32,000 bases of DNA from Lachnospiraceae bacterium. GTDB taxonomy: Bacteria; Bacillota; Clostridia; Lachnospirales; Lachnospiraceae. Every line of letters starts with the position of its first letter. Position 1 is the first letter of the stretch. The stretch is from NCBI GenBank assembly GCA_045601405.1, contig JAZRZO010000053.1, positions 41,545 to 73,544 of the forward strand, written 5' to 3'. Of the stretch, positions 17,557-24,130 are shown piece after piece. Below the pieces are notes generated by a model, which was given only the letters and a program-made list of their open reading frames with translations, was not told where the DNA came from and did no database searches. The position numbers and the translations under genes were made by a program.

Positions 17557-17716
17557 AGTCTTCCTCCTCCGGAATGATGACGTTGTGGTCTGCAACAGCC
17601 TTCCCCCCCTCCGGGGGAAGGTGTCGCCGCAGGCGTATGAAATCTTACAATCCCGCCTCGGAGCATATATACCTCCGGGCGATGATGCCGGTTTAATCGC
17701 CCGGAGGTATATATGC
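17557..17716 (+). repeat. Copy A of a structured C-rich intergenic element (hairpin with CCTCC loop plus terminal 21-bp hairpin)
   Basis: The 67-nt core 17557-17623 is identical at 54 of 67 ungapped positions to the reverse complement of 21548-21614. Hairpin 17599-17621 is CCTTCCCCC[CCTCC]GGGGGAAGG. Further conserved blocks are CTTACAATCCC and ATATATACCTCCGG. A perfect 21-bp inverted repeat lies at 17663-17683 and 17696-17716. Confidence 0.75.
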
Positions 17717-17775
17717 TGTTTCATCGTGAGCTCATACCATGCCGGAGCGCGGCGAACGACATTCTTCCAAAGTCT

Positions 17776-17804
17776 TTGACATTGCAGTTGCTGATAAATA
17801 AAAT
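17776..17804 (+). promoter_or_regulatory. Sigma-A promoter of the malic enzyme-permease operon
   Basis: TTGACA (17776-17781), 17 nt spacer, TAAAAT (17799-17804). SD GGAGGAA at 17814-17820, ATG at 17828. Confidence 0.65.
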
Positions 17805-17827
17805 AGTGAAAATGGAGGAATGAAAAA

Positions 17828-19009
17828 ATGAACATTGCTGATGAGAGTCTTGCCCTGCATTATGAAAAAAAAGGCAAGATAGAAATAGTGTCAACCGTAG
17901 AGGTAAAGGATAGTCACGATCTTTCGCTGGCATACACGCCGGGTGTGGCCAAGCCGTGTCTCGAGATACAAAAGGACCGGGCGCTTTCATTTGACCTTAC
18001 AAGAAGATGGAATCTGTGCGCGGTCATCACTGACGGCAGCGCGGTGCTGGGTCTCGGAAACATCGGGCCGGAGGCGGCCATGCCGGTCATGGAGGGCAAA
18101 TGTGTTCTGTTTAATGAGTTCGGCGGTGTTGACGCCTTTCCTCTCTGTGTGGACACACAGGACGTTGATGAGTTTGTTGAGACCGTATGCAATATTTCCA
18201 AAAGCTTCGGTGGGATAAACCTGGAGGATATCTCTGCTCCGAGGTGTTTTGAGATAGAAGAAAAACTTAAGGAAAGATGCGATATTCCGATCTTTCATGA
18301 CGACCAGCACGGAACCGCTGTGGTAGTGCTGGCAGGTATGATCAACGCACTTAAGGCTGTCGGAAAGGAAAAAGAGACTCTCAAGGTCGCAGTGAGCGGA
18401 GCGGGAGCCGCAGCTACAGCAGTTGTAAAGCTGCTGCTTGGCTTCGGGATAAAAAATATCATCATGTGTGACAGCAAAGGAATACTAAGTAAAAACAGAC
18501 AGGATCTGAATCCGGCAAAACTGGCAATGGCCGGGATAACAAACCCCGGTGAGGCGGAGGGAACACTCAGGGATGCTGTTATGGGAGCGGATGTCTTTAT
18601 CGGTGTGTCTGCTCCGGGACTGCTTACAGGAGAAATGATCAGGTCTATGGCATGCGACCCGGTGATATTTGCCTGCGCCAACCCGACTCCGGAGATCTTT
18701 CCGGATGAGGCGATGGCCGCGGGAGCAGGGATAGTGTGTACGGGCAGAAGCGACTTTCCGAACCAGGTCAATAATGTGCTCGCGTTTCCCGGGATATTCA
18801 GAGGCGCGTTTGACGTAAGGGCAAAGGATATAAACGAGGAGATGAAGCTGGCGGCTGCTAATGCCATAGCGTCGCTGATATCTGATAATGACATTGCAAA
18901 CGGCAGGATAATACCGGAGGCGTCAGACTTGAGAGTGGGAGAGGCTGTCGCAAAGGCAGTTGCCGGGGCCGCCATAAGAACGGGCACGGCACAGAAGGGA
19001 AATGAATGA
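17828..19009 (+). CDS. NAD(P)-dependent malic enzyme (short, ~390-aa type)
   Basis: 393 aa. LSLAYTPGVAKPCLEI, GSAVLGLGNIGPEAAMPVMEGKCVLF, INLEDISAPRCFEIE, FHDDQHGTAVV, GAGAAA dinucleotide loop. Confidence 0.92.
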   Translation: MNIADESLALHYEKKGKIEIVSTVEVKDSHDLSLAYTPGVAKPCLEIQKDRALSFDLTRRWNLCAVITDGSAVLGLGNIGPEAAMPVMEGKCVLFNEFGGVDAFPLCVDTQDVDEFVETVCNISKSFGGINLEDISAPRCFEIEEKLKERCDIPIFHDDQHGTAVVVLAGMINALKAVGKEKETLKVAVSGAGAAATAVVKLLLGFGIKNIIMCDSKGILSKNRQDLNPAKLAMAGITNPGEAEGTLRDAVMGADVFIGVSAPGLLTGEMIRSMACDPVIFACANPTPEIFPDEAMAAGAGIVCTGRSDFPNQVNNVLAFPGIFRGAFDVRAKDINEEMKLAAANAIASLISDNDIANGRIIPEASDLRVGEAVAKAVAGAAIRTGTAQKGNE

Positions 19010-20280
19010 GTAAGTTTATTATAGCTATAATTATTTTTGCGTTGATGTATGTACTGCTGCTGATCTTTTCCAAGGTCAGGTGGATCACGGTGCTGGCGGC
19101 GGCGGCACTTTTCGTGATACTGGGAATACTCCCTGCGGGGCAGGTCTTTTCCGCCATAAACTGGAATGTGATCATGATGCTCCTGGGCACTATGATCACC
19201 GTTACATTTTTTACTGAAAGCAAAATGCCGATGCTGATGGCCGAAAAGCTTCTGAAGATAGTACCGAATGTAAAGTGGGCCGTCGTGATGCTCAGTATGT
19301 TTTCCGGGATAATCTCGGCATTTGTGGATAATGTCGCTACTGTGCTGATGCTGGCGCCGGTGGGGCTTGCGGTATCAAAGGAACTGAAGGTAAATCCGAT
19401 CCCTGTGATAATATCCATAACCGTTTCGTCTAATCTTCAGGGAGCGGCAACACTTGTTGGCGATACCACCTCCATACTTCTTGGCGGATATGCAAACATG
19501 AGTTTTAATGATTTCTTCTGGTTTAACGGCAGGCCGGGCATCTTTTTTGCGGTCGAGATAGGGGCTCTTGTTTCGATACCGGTCCTCCTTTTTATTTTCC
19601 GCAAGGAAAACGCCAAAGTGGAGGCGAAGACCACGGTAAAGGTTACAAACTATATGCCCACGATACTGCTGGGGGCAACCATTCTTCTTCTGATAGCGGC
19701 TTCGCAGCTGCCGTCAAAACCGGAGCTTACCAACGGATATATCTGCTGCGGCCTGGCGCTTATCGGTCTGATATACGAAGCGATAAGAAACAAGGGTATA
19801 AAACCTTCCGCGGACGCGATAAAGTCGGTGGATTACAAGACTCTGATACTTCTTGCCGGACTTTTTGTTGTTGTCAGGGGAGTGACTGAGGCAGGCGTGA
19901 TAGACATGATCGCAAACTTCTTCATAAGGCTCGGCGGCAACTCAACTCTCCTTATGTATGTGATGATTGTGGGATTTTCCGTTATCTTCAGCGCATTTAT
20001 AGACAACATTCCATACGTTGCAACCATGCTGCCCGTAGTACAGGGAATTGCATTATCGCTCGGCCAGGAGCCGTATCTCTTATACTTCGGGCTTCTTATA
20101 GGCGCGACCCTGGGAGGGAATATCACTCCGGTGGGCGCGTCGGCAAACATAACTGGGATAGGTATCCTTCAAAAAGAAGGATATACCGTATCAACCGGGG
20201 ATTTCATGCGCATCGGGGTTCCCTTTACCCTCATAGCCGCATTTACAGGGGCGTTGTTCAACTGGATATTCTGGAGCTGA
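19006..20280 (+). CDS. Ion-transporter superfamily permease (ArsB/NhaD/CitMHS-like), likely a carboxylate transporter
   Basis: 424 aa and highly hydrophobic (10 or more TM helices). FSGIISAFVDNVATVLMLAP and the repeated FSAFIDNIPYVATMLP motif indicate the inverted-repeat architecture of this superfamily. Its ATG overlaps the malic enzyme stop (ATGA at 19006-19009). Confidence 0.8.
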   Translation: MSKFIIAIIIFALMYVLLLIFSKVRWITVLAAAALFVILGILPAGQVFSAINWNVIMMLLGTMITVTFFTESKMPMLMAEKLLKIVPNVKWAVVMLSMFSGIISAFVDNVATVLMLAPVGLAVSKELKVNPIPVIISITVSSNLQGAATLVGDTTSILLGGYANMSFNDFFWFNGRPGIFFAVEIGALVSIPVLLFIFRKENAKVEAKTTVKVTNYMPTILLGATILLLIAASQLPSKPELTNGYICCGLALIGLIYEAIRNKGIKPSADAIKSVDYKTLILLAGLFVVVRGVTEAGVIDMIANFFIRLGGNSTLLMYVMIVGFSVIFSAFIDNIPYVATMLPVVQGIALSLGQEPYLLYFGLLIGATLGGNITPVGASANITGIGILQKEGYTVSTGDFMRIGVPFTLIAAFTGALFNWIFWS

Positions 20281-20284
20281 CAGC

Positions 20285-21429
20285 TCAGAAGCGCAAGGGG
20301 GCGTCATCGTTGAGATATCCGATGACTTCCCCGAATATGTCTGATATCACGCCCTTTTCGGCAAAGTCTTCAAGTCCGATCTGCTCCACAACACTCTTAT
20401 AGTCGTATTTATACGCTCCGGCGGCGACCAGGTCCTCCCAAAGCTTTACGGCATGAGGATTGATCATCAAGACTTTCCTTCCATATCTGAAGAGCGACAA
20501 AGGCGCTTATCGCGCAGCTTATGCAGTACATCGGTGAGGAAAAGTTATGGGAGTATATGCACCAGGAATGTTCCATTGAAGAGTAGGGGGTCTCTCCGTA
20601 TTCAAGGCAGATCTCCTTGTAGAGACTGCTCATCTCGTCCACTGTCATGTCCGGATTTTTATATACCGCTCTCTTCCAGTCATCCAGCTCACAGCCTTCC
20701 ACGATAACATCTGCCACATCTGTAAGATTGGCCTTATTGAACGCGGCGGCATCTCTGCCGAAGACCCTGCCTGAATATTTATGCAGTTCATCTATATCAA
20801 AACCGCCTGTGCTTACAGCTTCACGTCTGCCGGCGGCCGAATCTCTGTGTTCTGATGATACAGTTCTGACCTCTGATTTCATCTGTTCAAGATCTTTTTC
20901 CGGGTAATTACGCTCATATATTATGTCGTCAGCATAGTCAACATAGTTGTCATAGCCGTTCATCTGCGCTATATCCGTTCTTACGGATACGAGTTCCATA
21001 AAGATCCCGCCTGCTTTTTCCGCAAAGGAGGCCATGCACTTTTCGACTATATCTGTATAGAGGTTATCATCGAACAGAACCTCAAGTCTGGGCTTATCGC
21101 CAACGGCATCATCTAAGGTGCAGGTCTTTCCGTCTATCTCGCAGGATGTATTATAAAGGGTGCTGAGAAGGGAGTTGTACTCCTGCTGTATCCCCTGCGT
21201 CGTAAAGCTCCTTCATCCTGCTGCATTTTGAGGTGAAGGCTGTTATGTCTGTGTAGGTCGCTTCAAGCTCCGCTGTTTCAAAGCGGGTATCTTCTCTCCC
21301 GGAAGAAGATGACGGCGCCAGCACGTTGCGGATAGCCTGATTCAGGCCGGAGAAGATGTTATCAGGTGTGCAGGTGGAAAGCGTTGCAGCGGTTGTGATT
21401 CAAAGTATGATTGCGGTTATTTTTTTCAT
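20285..21429 (-). pseudogene. Decayed lipoprotein gene related to M3 (oligoendopeptidase F-like) peptidases
   Basis: ATG 21429 with SD GAAAGGA. It reads MKKITAIIL*ITTAATLSTC: a lipobox with an in-frame TGA at 21402-21400. There is a frameshift near 21130-21210 (frame 1 ends ..HPL*; the next frame continues QQEYNSLLSTLYNTSCEIDGK..MASFAEKAGG). A second frameshift near 20450-20500 lies between the 208-aa and 71-aa ORFs. Blocks ELVSVRTDIAQMNGYDNYVDY and WCIYSHNFSSPMYCISCAISAFVALQIW resemble M3B peptidases, but no HExxH is present. Confidence 0.6.
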
Positions 21430-21483
21430 GATGGTCCTTTCTTCTGGTTGGTCTGCCGCCGGTCATACAACATCTATGTGTTT

Positions 21484-21614
21484 TTCCTGCGGTCACCACC
21501 GGAAGATAAAATGAAGCTATGGGAATCGTAAGCCTCACCGTACACATAGCCTTCCCCCGGAGGGGAGGAAGGCTAATGCTGACTGCTACGCCTTCATGCC
21601 GGTGGAGGAAGACT
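21484..21614 (-). repeat. Copy B of the structured C-rich intergenic element
   Basis: The reverse complement reads AGTCTTCCTCCACCGGCATGAAGGCGTAGCAGTCAGCATTAGCCTTCCTCC[CCTCC]GGGGGAAGGCT...CTTACGATTCCC...TTTTATCTTCCGGTGGTGACCGCAGGAA. Main hairpin at 21548-21574; second hairpin at 21484-21504. Confidence 0.75.
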
Positions 21615-21646
21615 GGGGATTTCAAAAAAGCTTGACAATATTTTGG

Positions 21647-21674
21647 TTGAATAGTTTTATCAGCAGCATATAAT
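21647..21674 (+). promoter_or_regulatory. Candidate promoter of the GH2 gene
   Basis: TTGAAT (21647-21652), 16 nt spacer, TATAAT (21669-21674). SD GTGAGGAAA lies about 9 nt upstream of ATG 21727. A consensus TTGACA at 21632-21637 has only a weak -10 (TTTTAT). Confidence 0.5.
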
Positions 21675-21726
21675 TTAGATAGACAGTCACACCGACTCAT
21701 CAGTTTTACAGTGAGGAAATACCAAA

Positions 21727-24054
21727 ATGATCAGACTTAATAACAGCTGGCAGTTTATTTACGAATGGTCCGATGACTTTATGAAGGAATTTATTGACGG
21801 CGAGGAAGTCCGGCTTCCCCACACTGTCAGGGAAATCCCTCTTCACTATCCGGACCCTTCAGACCACTCCACTGTCTGCGGCTACAGAAGATATATCGAC
21901 CTTCCCAAAGAAGTGATCGGAAGCAGGATATTCCTTAAGTTCGAGGGCGCCGCGCATATAGCCGGGATATACATCAACCACACCGCTGTCGGAACGCACC
22001 GCTGCGGATACACCGCATTCACACTTGATATCTCAGACTACGTTCATGCGGGCAAAAACCAGATCGCCGTAAAGCTTGACTGCAGGGAAAACCCCGATAT
22101 TCCCCCCTTCGGAGGAACACCGGACAACCTTACATACGGCGGACTCTACCGTGATGTCTGGCTGGATATAAGACCCGAAACCTATATAGAGGACGTTTTT
22201 GTATATGCTAAAGATGAAAACAATATCCATGTCGATATCACCTGCTGCGGCCAGCCGATGCTCAGGGACATAGATATCTACAGCCCGAACGGAAATCTGG
22301 CGGCATCTGTTAAGGACTGCTCTGACAGCGAGGATATATATATCCCCCATCCTATGCTCTGGTCCGTCGAACATCCCAACATATATAAATGCGTTGTGAC
22401 CATAAAGCATGAGGATGCTATAGACACCTTTGAGACAGGCTTTGGCATACGCCTTTGCGAATTCCGCGGCGACGCGTTCTATCTGAACAGAAAGCCGATG
22501 TTCCTGAGAGGCCTTAACCGCCACCAGTGCTTCCCTTACATAGGGGATGCTGCGCCGGAGCATCTGCAAAGAGAAGACGCGCGCATACTCAAGGAAGAAC
22601 TTGGCGTCAACGCCGTGCGCGCCGCCGGTGCTCCTCCCAGCCGGTATTTCATCGAGGAGTGCGACAGGCTTGGCATTTTAGTTTTTATGGAAATGCCCGG
22701 CAGCCGGTACATCGGAGATGACACATGGAAGGAGCAGGCTCTCGTCAACCTGCGCGAGATGATACTTCAGAACAGAAACCATCCATCCGTTATCCTCTGG
22801 GGCGTGCGCGTCTGCGACAGCTCAGATGATGACGAATTCTACATTAAAACAAACGCGATCGCCGGCGAACTTGACCCGTCCAGACAGACAGGCGGCGCAA
22901 GATGCTTAAAAAAAGGCCGTCTGCTTGAAGATGTTTATACATACGATGACTACTCACACGACGGAGCCAACCTCGGCTGCCTGCCAAAGGAAAAGGTGTT
23001 ATCCGACAGATTTAAACCCTATCTTATAAGCGCTCATAACGGGCATATGTTTCCTGCAAAGACCTTCGATGGCCGATCCATGCTTACAGAGCAGGCGCTC
23101 AGACATGCAAGAACTATCGATGCTGCAATGTCCAATGGCAATATCTCAGGTTGCCTGGGCTGGTGCATGTCCGACTATCCCTCTCACAAAGAATATGGTT
23201 CCGGAGACCGGGTCTGCTATCACGGCGTAACAGATATGTTCAGAAATCCCAAAAGCGCAGCCTACACCTATGCAAGCTTCGGAGATGACCTTGTCTTTCA
23301 TCTTGCTTCATCCTTTGAATCCGGGGATAACCCCCGGGGAAAAAGGGGAAGCATGTATGCCTTCACAAACGCGGATGAGATAAAGCTGTATAAAGACGAT
23401 GTATTTGTTAATTCCTTTTACCCCGCCGGCTGGGACTCTCTCCCGCACGGGCCGATAGAGATAAACGATACCATAGGCAGTCTTCTTACTGAAAAAGAAG
23501 GCTTCGCTCCCGGAAAAGCCGCTGCTGTCAAAAAACTTCTCCTTACCATTGACAGATACGGCATCCAGCGCATAACACCGTTTATCAGGCTTAGGATGTT
23601 CCTCATAAAAAAACTGTATCATCTGTCCTTTGCCGACATCGTTGAACTGTACAATAAATATGTTTCAGATATATCAAAAGAACCTGCTATATGGCGCATA
23701 GACACCATTAAAGGCGGAGAAATTGCAGGCTCTTCCATCTTCTCCCGCTCGGCAAGGCTGCACATAGAAGCAAAGGCCTCCGCTATCAATCTTACGGAAG
23801 GCTCATGTTATGACATGTCTCTTGTAAGGATCCGCATAGTTGATGAAAACGGCAACACGGCAAGCTTTGACCAGGAACCTCTGATCCTGACTGCCGAAGG
23901 AACAGTAAGCATAGTCGGACCACAGGTGGTAACAGCAGAGGGCGGGATGTGCGGCACCCTTGTCCGCACCATCGGCCAGAGCGGCGGCGGAAGTCTATCC
24001 ATATATACAGAAAGCGGCATGAAAACATCCATAGGCTTTTCCGTCCATATATAA
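21727..24054 (+). CDS. Glycoside hydrolase family 2 homolog, probably non-catalytic
   Basis: 775 aa. GH2 sugar-binding domain (YGGLYRDVWL), TIM-barrel blocks RGLNRHQ, NHPSVILWG and YGSGDRVCYHGV. The expected acid/base NE and nucleophile E positions are substituted (see findings). Confidence 0.85.
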   Translation: MIRLNNSWQFIYEWSDDFMKEFIDGEEVRLPHTVREIPLHYPDPSDHSTVCGYRRYIDLPKEVIGSRIFLKFEGAAHIAGIYINHTAVGTHRCGYTAFTLDISDYVHAGKNQIAVKLDCRENPDIPPFGGTPDNLTYGGLYRDVWLDIRPETYIEDVFVYAKDENNIHVDITCCGQPMLRDIDIYSPNGNLAASVKDCSDSEDIYIPHPMLWSVEHPNIYKCVVTIKHEDAIDTFETGFGIRLCEFRGDAFYLNRKPMFLRGLNRHQCFPYIGDAAPEHLQREDARILKEELGVNAVRAAGAPPSRYFIEECDRLGILVFMEMPGSRYIGDDTWKEQALVNLREMILQNRNHPSVILWGVRVCDSSDDDEFYIKTNAIAGELDPSRQTGGARCLKKGRLLEDVYTYDDYSHDGANLGCLPKEKVLSDRFKPYLISAHNGHMFPAKTFDGRSMLTEQALRHARTIDAAMSNGNISGCLGWCMSDYPSHKEYGSGDRVCYHGVTDMFRNPKSAAYTYASFGDDLVFHLASSFESGDNPRGKRGSMYAFTNADEIKLYKDDVFVNSFYPAGWDSLPHGPIEINDTIGSLLTEKEGFAPGKAAAVKKLLLTIDRYGIQRITPFIRLRMFLIKKLYHLSFADIVELYNKYVSDISKEPAIWRIDTIKGGEIAGSSIFSRSARLHIEAKASAINLTEGSCYDMSLVRIRIVDENGNTASFDQEPLILTAEGTVSIVGPQVVTAEGGMCGTLVRTIGQSGGGSLSIYTESGMKTSIGFSVHI

Positions 24055-24068
24055 AAAGACCTGTATGA

Positions 24069-24098
24069 AAAAGGGACGGTGATCAAGCCGTCCCTTTT
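24069..24098. terminator. Bidirectional rho-independent terminator between the GH2 gene and the M23 peptidase gene
   Basis: 11-bp stem AAAAGGGACGG / CCGTCCCTTTT (24069-24079 and 24088-24098) with an 8-nt loop. A-run on the 5' side and T-run on the 3' side. Confidence 0.7.
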
Positions 24099-24130
24099 AT
24101 CTTTATTATATTCCCGTATGTTACAAAATT

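Noticed and set aside
17637-17696. 19-codon ORF (MKSYNPASEHIYLRAMMPV) following the SD-like GGGGGAAGG in element copy A
   Set aside because: The SD-like run ends 15 nt from the ATG and is sequestered in the hairpin stem. The ORF is not conserved in copy B.
17557-17716. Assignment of the repeated element to a known riboswitch or leader class (T-box, SAM-I, TPP, FMN, glycine, c-di-GMP I/II, ydaO, ykkC/guanidine, fluoride, ZTP, NiCo, Mn)
   Set aside because: None of the recalled consensus cores is present (for example GGGTGGTACCGCG, CUGAGA...ACCUGAUCUGGAUAAUGCCAGCG, or GGAGAG..CACCG pairs). In copy A the element also lies upstream of, not within, the transcribed leaders predicted from the flanking promoters. 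This was checked only by eye, so an Rfam scan is still needed.
17480-17779. 99-aa ORF (plus strand) and the 112-aa ORF 21362-21700 (minus strand), which share the peptide VFL.R....V.V..SLPPLRGK
   Set aside because: The similarity comes from the nucleotide repeat. Downstream of the hairpin the two copies differ by 5-nt and 1-nt indels, so the frame is not conserved. Substitutions show no third-codon-position bias. ORF A would also run across the pdxK promoter region without an SD.
18295-19418. Minus-strand ORFs 18295-18987 (230 aa) and 18858-19418 (186 aa)
   Set aside because: They are antisense to the malic enzyme and permease genes. They are low-complexity A/S/P/T/I-rich translations, typical of the reverse frame of a real gene.
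21400-21402. In-frame TGA in the lipoprotein signal peptide as possible stop-codon reassignment (code 4 or 25)
   Set aside because: TGA clearly terminates well-conserved genes in this window (malic enzyme 19007-19009, ftsE, PAP2 gene, pdxK). The same gene also has frameshifts, so it is a nonsense mutation in a pseudogene.
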